Notes: generated from the sequence alone by a model not told the origin. Shown: positions 28,285-38,386, numbered from the stretch's first letter. The stretch: 64,000 bases of DNA from an uncultured Desulfatiglans sp. (GCA_964460435.1 CAYWRH010000002.1:15500-79499), one strand, 5' to 3'. Numbers and translations are program-made.

Positions 28285-28491
28285 TTAATCTTCAGGTGGA
28301 TAATTCATATCAATAAGGGTTTCACGGATGGTTTTAAGTGCATCAGGGGTCTCATATTCCACTGTTATCAACTTTTTTTCAGGGTCGCCATCCACCCTTG
28401 ACACCCCGATGATCTCTTCAAGCTCATCTTTAATGCTCCTTACGCAGTGACCGCACGATATATTCGGGATATGAAAAGTTTTCGTTATCAT
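28285..28491 (-). CDS. heavy-metal-associated (HMA) domain protein, CopZ-like
   Basis: 68 aa. The ISCGHC metal-binding motif sits near the N-terminus, as expected for a ferredoxin-like HMA fold. Confidence 0.8.
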   Translation of the reverse strand: MITKTFHIPNISCGHCVRSIKDELEEIIGVSRVDGDPEKKLITVEYETPDALKTIRETLIDMNYPPED

Positions 28492-28564
28492 ATTTACTCC
28501 ATGAAATACCTTGTATTAAATGTCCTTTCTGTCAGACCTATTATTCCAAACACCGTAGAGACAA

Positions 28565-28592
28565 GGCATGCCTTGTCTCTACAATTACTGGT
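28565..28592. repeat. perfect 28-nt palindrome GTAGAGACAAGGCA|TGCCTTGTCTCTAC (REP-like)
   Basis: The two 14-nt halves are exact reverse complements. It lies in the 320-bp non-coding gap 28492-28812. Confidence 0.8.
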
Positions 28593-28610
28593 GTTATGCA
28601 TTTTTATACC

Positions 28611-28683
28611 TGACCACAGAGCATGTAGAACACCAAATGAAAGCTTTAAAAAAAAACTCCGTGTTCTCCGTGCCCTCCGTGGT
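28611..28683. repeat. degenerate inverted repeat containing three 9-nt-spaced CTCCGTG units
   Basis: CTCCGTG occurs at 28657, 28666 and 28675. The upstream accacagagcatgtagaacac is a degenerate reverse complement of that array. Confidence 0.6.
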
Positions 28684-28812
28684 TAAAATTTACATTAATT
28701 GCTACTCCTGCATTCAAAACACCCTGATCCCGGCTTAATTTCTTAATGTGCCCTGACAGGTTAGCTCCTCCTGAATGTCTTTGATTCATGATTCAGGAGG
28801 AGGCAAAAATAC

Positions 28813-29574
28813 CTACATCACAGACCCTCCTGATACATGCAGTACCTGGCCTGTTACATCAATGGATATATCTGATGCAAAGTACAGTGTTGCATTTGCT
28901 ATATCCTGAGCTGAGGTTGCCCTTCCAAGGGGGAGCTCCTTTTTCAGAAACTCAATAACCGCCTGTTTATCAGGGGCCTTGATAAAGTTTGTTGGTGCAG
29001 GGCCCGGGGCAACGCAGTTTACCCTTATCCTGTTTTTTGCCTCTGCTGTTGCAAGCTGCTTTGTAAACACATCAAGGGCGCCCTTTGCCTGGGCATAAAC
29101 ACCCACACCGTGCGTGTACATGTGTGAGCTGCCTGAACCAATATTAACGATAGCGCCCTTTCCCTTTTTCCTCATGCATGGAAGGACTGCTGCTGATACA
29201 AACATGGGAGAAAAGAGATTGAGAGAAACCTCTTTCATCCATATGGCCGGGTCCTGTTCTTCAAATGGGCCTGTAGACATGATTGCGCCTGCTACATTGC
29301 ACAGGATGTCAATATCACCCAGCTCCTTTATCATCTCCTTGACCATCATATCCACTTCGGCCTTGTTTGTAACATCGGCCTTAAGCGCTATGCTCTTTAC
29401 GCCAAGGGCCTTTACTGCCTCGCAGGTAAGCTTCGCATCATCAAGATTGATATCTGTCACACCCACTGCTGCACAGCCTTCACGTGCGAGAGAGAGGGCA
29501 ATCTCTTTACCAAAGCCTATCTGGCTGCCTGCCCCTGTCACCAGCGCCACCTTTCCTTTAAACCCAAGATCCAT
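28813..29574 (-). CDS. SDR family oxidoreductase (FabG-like)
   Basis: 253 aa with the cofactor motif TGAGSQIGFG and catalytic YAQAK (YxxxK). Confidence 0.9.
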   Translation of the reverse strand: MDLGFKGKVALVTGAGSQIGFGKEIALSLAREGCAAVGVTDINLDDAKLTCEAVKALGVKSIALKADVTNKAEVDMMVKEMIKELGDIDILCNVAGAIMSTGPFEEQDPAIWMKEVSLNLFSPMFVSAAVLPCMRKKGKGAIVNIGSGSSHMYTHGVGVYAQAKGALDVFTKQLATAEAKNRIRVNCVAPGPAPTNFIKAPDKQAVIEFLKKELPLGRATSAQDIANATLYFASDISIDVTGQVLHVSGGSVM

Positions 29575-29717
29575 TTGCTCCTCCTTGCTTCATGTTGTAA
29601 ACCGTTATATGTATGATTAATCCAATATATTGATTTTTTAAGTGAAACTGTGAGCTACCACAACTATTTTTATTAATCAAGAGATCATTTCTCCATTGCA
29701 TTATGCTAAAAGGCCTC

Positions 29718-30302
29718 TCAGTCGCCGGAGTATTTAATATAAAGATAATTTATTGCCTCTTTTATAAGTAGATCAGCAGGAATGCCGGTCTTACTGGAGA
29801 GCTCTGTAAAGGGTTTCAGGGTCCTGTCACACACACTCTTTTCAATAGACTCCTCTTCAGGAACATCAGGGGGCATCTCCTTATGGGAAAAGGACCTGTC
29901 ACAATCGGATTTACCCTCTCCATAACCTGTCTGTCTAATCTCCTTTAACACACTCCCCTTAAATGAGAGGATATAGCTGAAATTGCGTGGGCCACAGTTA
30001 TAGTACCAATCCTCCATCTTTACTGTCTTGCTTTCGTATGCGCCATCCCTATACTTTTCTTCAGGAAAGAGCGGACCCTCCTCTCTTTCAGAATAATATC
30101 CCTCTTCATCAGTGCCGATAACCTCTTTTGATGTAGGCTCCCCGCATATGGTCATGATGTCAACCTTTTTATCGCCAACCTTTACGACCCTGTTTCCGCA
30201 TCTGAATGATCTGACGCTGGGCCCCGCATATAGGGGCAGGGACATGAAAAAAACCAGAAAAACGCAGAAACATAGTCTTGCAAAAGGTAATTTAAACATC
30301 AT
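29718..30302 (-). CDS. secreted DUF2845-like protein
   Basis: 194 aa with a signal peptide (…SLPLYAG). CGNRVVKVGDKKVDIMTICGEPTSKE ... WYYNCGPRNFSYILSFKGSVLKEI resembles the DUF2845 pattern. Family call is from memory. Confidence 0.55.
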   Translation of the reverse strand: MMFKLPFARLCFCVFLVFFMSLPLYAGPSVRSFRCGNRVVKVGDKKVDIMTICGEPTSKEVIGTDEEGYYSEREEGPLFPEEKYRDGAYESKTVKMEDWYYNCGPRNFSYILSFKGSVLKEIRQTGYGEGKSDCDRSFSHKEMPPDVPEEESIEKSVCDRTLKPFTELSSKTGIPADLLIKEAINYLYIKYSGD

Positions 30303-30324
30303 ATTTCTCCATTAAATTATTTTT

Positions 30325-31137
30325 TCACCACTGCCAGTCAGCGCCTATCCCTGCCTCATTTATTACCTCTCTAACACCTTTAACCCCTCTTGTAACCTCA
30401 TCAATTGCTGTTAGAGATCTTTTTGAACCTACGCTGCCTGATACGGTAACCTTTCCATTATCACTAACCACCTGAAGGTTTGCGTTGTTTGTCCTTTTAT
30501 CCTTTGCAAGGGCTGCCCAGACCAGGCTGCTCAGCACCTGATTATCAAGTGCGCGTACAGAGTTTTCATCAGGCCTGAATTCATCCATGCCGGCCATCCT
30601 TGAGATGATATCCACAGCGCTCCCCACGCTTATACGATCAAGATTAATAACTATATCGTATAAAGCAGGGTCATTCCAGTCCACACCGTATAAAAATCTT
30701 GTCCAGTTGAGCCCCTGTTTATCAAGTTTTTTTATAAAGTTAATAGCCTCTTTGCGCGTCATTTTTTTATCTTCTATTGCCGCCTTGATGCGGTATTCCA
30801 TGTCAGCTATCACCCTTACACGGATTACATGGGAGATATTGCCAAGAAGCAGGTGTCCGGCATAACCGTGATAGACAAGATCATTTTCTTTTGCACGTTT
30901 GAGCAGGGCATATCTTACATAATTAAGATGTGCGATCTTTTTTGCTGGGGTCTCGATCCATGCCTTTGGGGGCTCCTCCATTGCTGCGGTGAGCTTGCTC
31001 TCAGGCACACCGAACTCTTCGGCTGCATCAAGTATTATCTCCTTGCTGATGCACGGATACCCCAGTTTACGGCCCAACTCCTCTGCTACCGCCTTGCCCC
31101 CGCTGTAGGTGCCTCTTGAAATCGTGATAATAGCCAT
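30325..31137 (-). CDS. cytidylate kinase-like family protein with C-terminal BON domain
   Basis: 270 aa. N-terminal IITISRGTYSGGKAVAEELGRKLGYPCISKE is P-loop-like. The C-terminal VSDNGKVTVSGSVGSKRSLTAIDEVTRGVKGVREVINE is BON-like. Confidence 0.7.
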   Translation of the reverse strand: MAIITISRGTYSGGKAVAEELGRKLGYPCISKEIILDAAEEFGVPESKLTAAMEEPPKAWIETPAKKIAHLNYVRYALLKRAKENDLVYHGYAGHLLLGNISHVIRVRVIADMEYRIKAAIEDKKMTRKEAINFIKKLDKQGLNWTRFLYGVDWNDPALYDIVINLDRISVGSAVDIISRMAGMDEFRPDENSVRALDNQVLSSLVWAALAKDKRTNNANLQVVSDNGKVTVSGSVGSKRSLTAIDEVTRGVKGVREVINEAGIGADWQW

Positions 31138-31378
31138 AGAACCTCCTTATATTATAGGTTTGGATTATAAAGAACTTACAAAGCAACCCTTCATACAGAC
31201 AAAGCCATGACTAACTTTTTCCTGTATTGTATATCAGTTATACCTCCATTGCAAACACTCATGCCGACAATCAGAAACCAGGCTAAAGATATATATTGCA
31301 GTAATAAATCTCTTTTCTTTTGTCTCATTTATGTCTATAACCCTCTAAAAAAATAAGGTATTCAAGCCGGAGGATATA

Positions 31379-32602
31379 ATGATAAGGATAAACGAGAACT
31401 ACAAAAAGCTTCAGTCATCTTACCTCTTTTCTGATATTGCAAAGAGGGTTGCTGCCTTTCAGAAGGAAAACCCCGAAAAGAAGATAATTAAACTCGGGAT
31501 CGGAGATGTTACCAGGCCGCTTCCACAGGCGTGTATTGATGCAATGCACAGGGCCGCAGACGAGATGAAGGATATTAAAACCTTCAGGGGATATGGCCCT
31601 GAGCAGGGTTATGATTTTTTGAGGGAGGCTATCGCAAAGAATGATTACCAGTTAAGGGGTATTGATGTTTCCCCTGATGAGGTCTTTGTGAGCGATGGCG
31701 CAAAGTGTGACTGCGGTAATATCCAGGAGATATTTGCAACAGACATTACTGTTGCCATACCTGACCCTGTTTATCCTGTCTACCTTGATACAAACGTTAT
31801 GGCAGGCCGCACAGGTTTTTACAACAATGGCAGATATGATGGTATTGTTTATCTTGATGGCACCGCTAAAAACGGTTTTGTGCCTGAGCTCCCTGATAAG
31901 AAGGTTGACCTTATTTACCTCTGCTTTCCCAATAATCCAACAGGCGCAACCATTTCAAAAGAAGAGCTTAAAAGATGGGTGGATTATGCAAGGGAAAACA
32001 GGGCGGTTATTCTATATGATGCGGCCTATGAGGCATTTATAAGGGATGACGCCCTGCCCAAATCCATATTTGAGATAGATGGCGCAAGGGATGTTGCCAT
32101 AGAGTTCAGGAGCTTTTCAAAGACCGCAGGCTTTACAGGCATAAGATGCGCCTTTACCGTGGTGCCAAAGAGCTGCTGCGCTTATACATCTACTGGTGAA
32201 AAGGTGCCATTGAACGGCCTATGGAACCGCAGGCACACGACAAAGTTCAACAGTGTGTCATACCCGGTTCAGAGGGCGGCTGAGGCGGTATACAGCAGCG
32301 AGGGCAAGAAGCAGGTCAGGGCGCTATCCGATTATTACCTTAAAAATGCAGCGCTGATAAGGAGGGAGATGAGGACCCTTGGTTTTGACTGCATAGGAGG
32401 CGAAAACTCCCCCTACATCTGGGTAAACGGGAAGACCGATTCATGGGCATTTTTTGACAGGCTGCTTAAGGAAGCAGGGGTTGTGGTTACACCCGGCGCA
32501 GGCTTTGGCAAATGCGGTCAGGGCTATATAAGGATAAGCGCATTCAACAACTATGAGGATGTGCAGAAGGCAATGGAGCGTATAAGGGAAGCGCTCGGAT
32601 AG
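31379..32602 (+). CDS. dapL: LL-diaminopimelate aminotransferase
   Basis: 407 aa. The N-terminus [21 protein letters not shown] and the PLP-lysine context [10 protein letters not shown] are typical of DapL. Confidence 0.9.
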   Translation: MIRINENYKKLQSSYLFSDIAKRVAAFQKENPEKKIIKLGIGDVTRPLPQACIDAMHRAADEMKDIKTFRGYGPEQGYDFLREAIAKNDYQLRGIDVSPDEVFVSDGAKCDCGNIQEIFATDITVAIPDPVYPVYLDTNVMAGRTGFYNNGRYDGIVYLDGTAKNGFVPELPDKKVDLIYLCFPNNPTGATISKEELKRWVDYARENRAVILYDAAYEAFIRDDALPKSIFEIDGARDVAIEFRSFSKTAGFTGIRCAFTVVPKSCCAYTSTGEKVPLNGLWNRRHTTKFNSVSYPVQRAAEAVYSSEGKKQVRALSDYYLKNAALIRREMRTLGFDCIGGENSPYIWVNGKTDSWAFFDRLLKEAGVVVTPGAGFGKCGQGYIRISAFNNYEDVQKAMERIREALG

Positions 32603-32622
32603 ACGAAATAAGCGGGTCGTTT

Positions 32623-33369
32623 ATGAGACGCTTTTTTGTTGAAAAGATAATAGAGATTGACGGCATGTGTCTAATCCCTGAAAAGGAGGCAAGGCACATA
32701 ACAATGGTACTGAGGATGAAGGCGAACGACCCCTTTATCCTCATTAATGGAAAGGGTGAGGGTTTTGAGGCGGTTATAGAAAAGGCATCCCGTAATGGTG
32801 TTTATGCCCGCATTAAAAGAAGACTGCCAGCCACCCCGTCGCCACCAATCAATATTGAAATCTGCCAGGCGATTCTTAAACCCCGCATGATGGACTACAT
32901 GGTAGAAAAGACATCAGAGCTCGGTGTTTCCCTAATACAACCCTTTTTTTCGGAACGAACTGTAATCAAAGCTGATAAAGATTATATTTCAAATAAGACA
33001 AGACACTGGCGGATGATAGCCCTTAGCGCCCTTAAACAGTGCGGAAGACCCACACCTGCTGTAATAGCTGAACCAGCCGGATTTAAAGAGATGGTAAAGG
33101 CGGTTGCTGATAAAAACGGGGTAAAGGCGGTGCTTTGGGAAGGTGAAGAACGCTCTGACCTCAAGAGACTTCTAAGAGAAAAGGAGGCGGCAGAAGATTT
33201 TACAGGGATAATCGGGCCGGAAGGCGGGTTTACAGGCCAGGAGGTTAACCTGATGATGAATGAGGGTATTATCCCGGTATCTGTCGGCTCAAGGATATTA
33301 AGGGCAGAGACCGCTGCCATTGCCTTAACCACCATTATCCAGTATGAGTGGGGTGACCTGGGGGTTTAA
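32623..33369 (+). CDS. rsmE: 16S rRNA (uracil1498-N3)-methyltransferase
   Basis: 248 aa with a PUA-like N-terminus (MRRFFV...) and a SPOUT C-terminus (IGPEGGFTGQEV...LGSRILRAETAAI). Confidence 0.9.
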   Translation: MRRFFVEKIIEIDGMCLIPEKEARHITMVLRMKANDPFILINGKGEGFEAVIEKASRNGVYARIKRRLPATPSPPINIEICQAILKPRMMDYMVEKTSELGVSLIQPFFSERTVIKADKDYISNKTRHWRMIALSALKQCGRPTPAVIAEPAGFKEMVKAVADKNGVKAVLWEGEERSDLKRLLREKEAAEDFTGIIGPEGGFTGQEVNLMMNEGIIPVSVGSRILRAETAAIALTTIIQYEWGDLGV

Positions 33370-33373
33370 CATC

Positions 33374-34015
33374 TTACTCAATATATGACCGTACAAGCAT
33401 ATTGAAGAGCACCTGGCTTGGCTTTTCACATTTCTCCTTTTCAGGGAACTCTTTATCAAAGGCCTCCAGGTTGTCATGACTTATATTATACACATCGCTG
33501 TAAATAAACCTCCATGTCTTACTGCCCATGATTTTACCCTCATCAAGCAGATGTATAAGCTGGCCAAGGGGGTATTTTCCTTCTGAGTTAGAAATATTGA
33601 AATCCCTGCTGTTTTTAAAACCATGCCTGCAATAATTATGGGGGTCGCCCAAAATGATTATGGCCGGATATCCCATCGCCTTTGCCCCGGAGATACCTTT
33701 TCTTATCAGTTCACCACCAATTCCAAGGTGTTGATATGGAGGCAGCACACAGACAGGGCCAAAGGTTACTGTATCAAGCCTGCTGCCATTTGCATCTTCC
33801 AGATGTGAGGCAGTAAAGACGATACAGCCCGCTATCTTGTCTTCTGCAACTGCCACATAATATAGATTGGGTATAAAGTCTCTGTGTGTCCAGATATTGT
33901 GAATAGTCAGGTGTTCATCACAGCCCGGCACATAGAGGTTCCAGAATGCCTCCCGTGTAATATTTTCTACCTCTTTATAATCAGCAGGGGTTCCTTTTCG
34001 TATTATAAATTTCAT
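33374..34015 (-). CDS. GNAT family N-acetyltransferase (YhbS/COG3153-like)
   Basis: Likely starts at MKFIIRKGTPADY (ATG 34015; the track ORF runs to 34060). The acetyl-CoA motif region is QHLGIGGELIRKG. Confidence 0.75.
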   Translation of the reverse strand: MKFIIRKGTPADYKEVENITREAFWNLYVPGCDEHLTIHNIWTHRDFIPNLYYVAVAEDKIAGCIVFTASHLEDANGSRLDTVTFGPVCVLPPYQHLGIGGELIRKGISGAKAMGYPAIIILGDPHNYCRHGFKNSRDFNISNSEGKYPLGQLIHLLDEGKIMGSKTWRFIYSDVYNISHDNLEAFDKEFPEKEKCEKPSQVLFNMLVRSYIE

Positions 34016-34046
34016 ATCTTTCCTTTGTATGAAGTGTTGATTAATC

Positions 34047-34544
34047 TTATTTGAGGTCATCGATCTTTCTTACCGGAGAATAAAAACCATAATCTGTCAT
34101 CTTTTGAAGGATTGCATTTGCCTGACTGACTGTTATAGTCCCATCCAGAAGAGTTGCCTTGATAATACCTATTGTCCCGGTTACGACCACACCCATTTGA
34201 GAGCACACCCTTCTTGCCAACCTGTCATCTGTTACAACAATCAATCTCTGTTCACTTGCAACGGCGATACTGGATGCCTCTCCTTTACCAAGCTGGCCGC
34301 TTAACTCAATGTAAACCCTGCGCTCATTCCGGCTCATTTTACATATGCTGAAAATTCCATTTTCAATTAAGCTGTCTATTGTTTTGAGTAACGGGTATTT
34401 TGTAAATCCTGCAGAAAGCTCATCCAGAACCTGGGTGGTTATGATTGCCCTCTGCCTGTACCTGTTTTCTATTATATTGATCGATTCTGTCAGAAGGAAG
34501 TTGCTGAGGGTTACAGTATCAAAAATCCATCTCCTGTCAGGCAT
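34047..34544 (-). CDS. PIN-like nuclease domain protein (DUF3368 family), putative toxin
   Basis: 165 aa. Conserved acidic positions are present (FDTVTLSNF..., VVTDDRLARR). It overlaps the upstream UPF0175-type gene by 8 nt. Confidence 0.8.
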   Translation of the reverse strand: MPDRRWIFDTVTLSNFLLTESINIIENRYRQRAIITTQVLDELSAGFTKYPLLKTIDSLIENGIFSICKMSRNERRVYIELSGQLGKGEASSIAVASEQRLIVVTDDRLARRVCSQMGVVVTGTIGIIKATLLDGTITVSQANAILQKMTDYGFYSPVRKIDDLK

Positions 34545-34848
34545 TATTTATGTCGCTTTCAAAAAATGAATTGTTCTGGACAATATTGTGCTCTTTAAGC
34601 CACTCACGGATATCCCATATATTCATCCCAAACTCTTCTGCGAGTTTGCCCAGGCTGATATATTCACCCTGAAATGCCTCAAGCGCACGCCGCTGCTTCT
34701 CATTAAGGTTAATAATATCAAGTTGATAGCATGATATTACAGCCCTTCTTACCAATTCACCAACAGATGTATCTCTTTTTTTTGACAGCTCTTTTAATCC
34801 CTGAGCAATTTCAGGATCTATCTTTATATGGAGCGTAGCATTTTGCAT
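34537..34848 (-). CDS. UPF0175-family antitoxin with RHH-like N-terminus
   Basis: Likely starts at ATG 34848 (MQNATLHIKIDPE...), preceded by AGAGAGG. The C-terminus ISLGKLAEEFGMNIWDIREWLKEHNI matches the UPF0175 pattern. Confidence 0.7.
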   Translation of the reverse strand: MQNATLHIKIDPEIAQGLKELSKKRDTSVGELVRRAVISCYQLDIINLNEKQRRALEAFQGEYISLGKLAEEFGMNIWDIREWLKEHNIVQNNSFFESDINNA

Positions 34849-35014
34849 TTTGATACCTCTCTTTGCATATATGTACAAGATCAGGTATATAGTATGCCCT
34901 TTATTCTGGTTTTTCAACAGGAAATTGACATGAATTTATCTTGAAATAGATGTCATTCCCGCGCACAGGCTGTGACAAAATGTCATTTTTAGGTGATAGG
35001 CTGGTTTTTCGTAG

Positions 35015-35035
35015 GGTAGGGTTTTATACCCCACC
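35015..35035. repeat. REP-like hairpin GGTAGGG-ttttata-CCCCACC
   Basis: A 7-bp stem with one mismatch lies in the 34918-35094 intergenic gap. Confidence 0.5.
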
Positions 35036-35069
35036 AGTTGTAAGATGCTGTTTTATTAAATTAAATGTC

Positions 35070-35090
35070 GGTCGGGAGTAAATCCCGACC
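35070..35090 (-). terminator. hairpin GGTCGGGA-gtaaa-TCCCGACC just after the stop of the 35095-35709 gene
   Basis: A perfect 8-bp GC-rich stem lies 4 nt downstream of the stop on the minus strand. The following CGACATTTAATTTAAT is only moderately U-rich. Confidence 0.35.
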
Positions 35091-35094
35091 CTGT

Positions 35095-35709
35095 TTACCC
35101 ATTCTGAAATGCATCTTCTGCAAGCCTTTCGGCATATGCCCTGATATCAGAAGGCCATGAAGCAATCAGGGTTTTAAAGCGATCCGGGTCATTTGCATAC
35201 AATGCCCTTGTTGCCTCTTCATAACCAGGGAGGTTTCCTGCCATAGTGGTCATAAACCTGTATGTGGCCTCCTGCGCCTTTCGCACCCTCTCTTTACCGC
35301 TGTTCGCCTTTCTTGCCTCCTCAACAAGTTTACGAAGTGCAACAGATGCCCCTCCCGGTTGGCTGTTAAGCCAATCCCAGTGCCGCGGTAGCAGTGTGAC
35401 CTCACGTGATACAACACCAAGCCTTGGACGACCCGGCCCCGATTGTGGCCTCTGGTCTTTATCTGCCGGTGTCTCTTTTGGCTCCATTGCACCAATTACG
35501 GCCTCCACACTTTTAAGGACATCCTGAGCAGTGCCCCGAAAATCCACATCAATAACTTCACTTGTTTCATCATCAAAAATGAGTATGGAAGCATCCTTAT
35601 CCTGATCAATTATCCCTTTCACCTTTAATGCCACATCTAAAAGACTACCCGAAGCAACACACTTTTCACCTTTAAATGCAGTACAATTTTTTATATCTTG
35701 TTTCCCCAT
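35095..35709 (-). CDS. DUF2239-like protein
   Basis: Likely starts at ATG 35709 (MGKQDIK...), preceded by AAGGA. The central GPGRPRLGVVSREVTLLPRHWDWLNSQPGGASVALRKLVEEARK matches my memory of DUF2239. Confidence 0.6.
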   Translation of the reverse strand: MGKQDIKNCTAFKGEKCVASGSLLDVALKVKGIIDQDKDASILIFDDETSEVIDVDFRGTAQDVLKSVEAVIGAMEPKETPADKDQRPQSGPGRPRLGVVSREVTLLPRHWDWLNSQPGGASVALRKLVEEARKANSGKERVRKAQEATYRFMTTMAGNLPGYEEATRALYANDPDRFKTLIASWPSDIRAYAERLAEDAFQNG

Positions 35710-35845
35710 TTCCATTCCTTTATATTGAATTTTGAACAGAATAATACCCGGGTAATATTTAGATGTCAACAATAATATTATCCGGGTAAAAAGCCTTCTC
35801 TGATAAAGAATATTAGCAATAATTTAATTGAAATTATTATTAGTC

Positions 35846-35866
35846 GGTTTGTTGAGCGAAGCAACC
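35846..35866. repeat. degenerate GTTG-AGCGAAG-CAAC type REP-like element
   Basis: ggtttgttgagcgaagcaacc shares the AGCGAAGCAACC core with 37355-37384. The two copies flank the AAA ATPase gene. Confidence 0.5.
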
Positions 35867-36004
35867 TAATCAGACAAGCAACACCAATCATTTATCTTTT
35901 TATCCAATAAATAATGTTTGGTTGTTATTCCACCCTATCTGACGAAATCGTGAAAATCTCAAGTTAAAGTTGACATTTTCATGTTTATTTAATATCTTCC
36001 CCAC

Positions 36005-37183
36005 ATGATAACTCGTACAATCACAAAAGAGCTGATTGAAGCAAGTAAAGAATACCCGGTGGTAACTATATTAGGGCCGCGTCAGTCCGGAAAAACAACC
36101 CTTGTAAAAATGACCTTCCCTGACAAGCCCTATTATTCTTTTGAAAACCCAGATATCAGGCTGGTTGTTGAATCCGATCCAAGAGGTTTTTTAAATAATC
36201 TGCCTGATGGAGCCGTACTGGATGAAATCCAGAGAATTCCTCAACTGCTCTCTTATATACAAGGTATTGTTGATAATGCGCAGTCAAAAGGGATGTTCAT
36301 CCTAACAGGAAGTCACCAGCCAGAGCTGCATCAATCAATCAGTCAGACCCTGGCAGGAAGAACATCAATCCTTACTCTGCTTCCTTTTTCAACCGGTGAA
36401 CTGGCTGGATTTCAAAAAGAGATCAAACCATTTGAGATTATCTATCAGGGAGCCTTTCCCCGTATTCATAATGAAGCCATTAATCCTAATCGTTTTTATA
36501 ATGGGTATGTGCAAACATATGTTGAAAGGGATGTACGGGCGCTTATTAACCTCAAAGACCTGCGAATATTTCAGCAATTTCTCCTCCTGCTAGCGGGCAG
36601 GATCGGGCAGGTCATTAATTTTACATCTATCAGCAATGATATTGGTGTCTCTTCAACAACCATAAAAAACTGGATAAGCGTATTAAAGGCATCTTTTATA
36701 ATATTTGAACTTTCTCCATATTTTGAAAACATAGGTAAACGTGTAATTAAATCTCCAAAGATATATTTTACAGATACTGGCCTGGCATCATTTTTACTGG
36801 GGATAGATTCGGCTACTCAGGCGGAAAGGGACCCTCTAAGGGGTGGATTGTACGAAAATTTTATTATTCTTGAGGTATTGAAAGGTTATTATAACTCAGG
36901 CAAGAGGCCTGATTTATATTTTTACAGGGATACATATGGTAATGAGATAGACCTGATAGTAAGAAAAAACAGAAAGCTGACCCCCATAGAAATCAAGTCA
37001 GCGGCTACTTTTACAAAGGATTTTTTAAAAGGGATTGAACGGTTTATGAAAACCACAGGGGAGATATGTGAACCAGGCTTTGTGTTTTACAATGGCACAG
37101 AAGAATTTACAGTAAAGGGAACAAAGATAATCAACATAATAAAAAACAATGCGCTGGATAAGCTCGGAATTATGCGGGCTTAA
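36005..37183 (+). CDS. AAA-family ATPase with DUF4143 C-terminal domain
   Basis: 392 aa with Walker A GPRQSGKTT and Walker B VLDEIQ. The rest fits the AAA_14/DUF4143 architecture. Confidence 0.85.
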   Translation: MITRTITKELIEASKEYPVVTILGPRQSGKTTLVKMTFPDKPYYSFENPDIRLVVESDPRGFLNNLPDGAVLDEIQRIPQLLSYIQGIVDNAQSKGMFILTGSHQPELHQSISQTLAGRTSILTLLPFSTGELAGFQKEIKPFEIIYQGAFPRIHNEAINPNRFYNGYVQTYVERDVRALINLKDLRIFQQFLLLLAGRIGQVINFTSISNDIGVSSTTIKNWISVLKASFIIFELSPYFENIGKRVIKSPKIYFTDTGLASFLLGIDSATQAERDPLRGGLYENFIILEVLKGYYNSGKRPDLYFYRDTYGNEIDLIVRKNRKLTPIEIKSAATFTKDFLKGIERFMKTTGEICEPGFVFYNGTEEFTVKGTKIINIIKNNALDKLGIMRA

Positions 37184-37354
37184 GGCGCGTTATGAAAATC
37201 CATATCTTTAAGGAAGAAAAACAGCAAAACCAAGAGCTACCAGCTTCTCAGTGAGAGAGGTATTGAATCTGCGTTCAGCTAATGAAAAGAGATGGCCTGC
37301 AAAATATATCTTCATTTATTAATCACCGAATTAGTTGTTAAAGAGCACAGATAA

Positions 37355-37384
37355 GTAGGTTGAGTTAAGCGAAGCAACCCAACA
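37355..37384. repeat. REP-like hairpin GTAGGTTGAGTT-AAGCGAAGC-AACCCAACA
   Basis: GTTGAGTT pairs with AACCCAAC with one mismatch. It lies downstream of the ATPase gene. Confidence 0.6.
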
Positions 37385-37433
37385 ATATTCAAATCCATAT
37401 TCCGAATAATAACACGTTTAGATTACAATCCAA

Positions 37434-37673
37434 TCAATTACTTTTCATCCATCGATTAAAAGGCTGTTGGGTTGGAACCCAAACTACCTGACTGGGATGT
37501 TTGCTCGGCTTAAGTATCCAAAGAATGAGAAGCCTCTCAGAATAAAACTGGTGACTTAGACTCTGCGTTTCAAGTGCAGAGGCTTCAGCTGATAATCCGT
37601 AATTGACATCCGCACCATGCAGAATTGTACAATTCATCAGAACCAGAATAATAAAAAATAAAAACTTCGCCAT
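37434..37673 (-). CDS. small hypothetical protein with signal-peptide-like N-terminus
   Basis: 79 aa beginning MAKFLFFIILVLMNCTILHGA. I recognise no family and it may be spurious. Confidence 0.3.
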   Translation of the reverse strand: MAKFLFFIILVLMNCTILHGADVNYGLSAEASALETQSLSHQFYSERLLILWILKPSKHPSQVVWVPTQQPFNRWMKSN

Positions 37674-37738
37674 ATATCTCCCAATTGTAAGATTGCTTCA
37701 TATGACTGGATGATATCTTTTTGCCCAGTCATGTGAAG

Positions 37739-38191
37739 TTATTCACTTTTGGTTATTGCAAGTATTTCGGTTATTACTTCACCAAGTGTTTTAGTCTCGG
37801 AAAATTGCCAAAATTCTTCAGGTATTTTGTAACCTATGTGCTTTTCAATTGCTTCAATTATTTCTTCAATTTCACCACAACCAATCATATCAAACTTGGG
37901 ACCACCCAGGATAACTTCAAATTTATCTTCTGGTAAGAAATAGGGTGTAGGCCATCGAAGTAATTTATTACACTCATCACCGAAGATGTTTGCAAATTCT
38001 TTTTGATCAGTGCTCTCCCAAACAGACATACACTCGGATGTCCTCTCGCTCTGTTGCCTTCTTAAATCTTTGAAGAAAGAAAGATCGGGGCCAATCCACC
38101 GAACTCCAATAAAAAATTTCTTCCATTGATCCTTAGGAGGGTAATGCGGTGGATATGATAGTGGTTCGTTTGGTGTTTTCATACTTTCCAT
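37739..38191 (-). CDS. hypothetical protein (orphan)
   Basis: 150-aa ORF in an AT-rich islet. No recognisable family motif. Confidence 0.5.
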   Translation of the reverse strand: MESMKTPNEPLSYPPHYPPKDQWKKFFIGVRWIGPDLSFFKDLRRQQSERTSECMSVWESTDQKEFANIFGDECNKLLRWPTPYFLPEDKFEVILGGPKFDMIGCGEIEEIIEAIEKHIGYKIPEEFWQFSETKTLGEVITEILAITKSE

Positions 38192-38299
38192 ATGTGATTT
38201 ACCAATTCCGGCTACCTTTATTTTTTTGGATAATCATACAAAAAGAAAACCTAGAAAATTAGTAATTCTTTTAAATAGTTGTGTAATTCTTTATTTATG

Positions 38300-38369
38300 A
38301 AGCAGGTGCATCATCCCTGTCAGGGCAAAAATAATCAACTTTGAATATTTATTGACTTGCCATGACCGG
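38300..38369. repeat. 70-bp direct repeat, copy A
   Basis: gcatcatccctgtcagggcaaaaataatcaactttgaatatttattgacttgccatgaccgggggtttta matches 39068-39137 at 68 of 70 positions. Confidence 0.9.
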
Positions 38370-38386
38370 GGGTTTTATTTTCCAGG

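Noticed and set aside
28765-28802. A perfect 12-bp-stem hairpin 10 nt downstream of the SDR gene stop (on the minus strand), considered as its rho-independent terminator.
   Set aside because: On the minus strand the U-run precedes the stem rather than following it. On the plus strand an A-run follows the stem. Neither orientation fits an intrinsic terminator, so I treated it as a REP-like element.
37739-38191. The C-terminal segment GCGEIEEIIEAIEKHIGYKIPEEFWQFSETKTLGEVITEI of the orphan protein vaguely resembles an acyl-carrier-protein helix pattern.
   Set aside because: The phosphopantetheine-attachment Ser (DSL/GxDS motif) is absent, and the resemblance rests on helix periodicity only. That is too weak to call.
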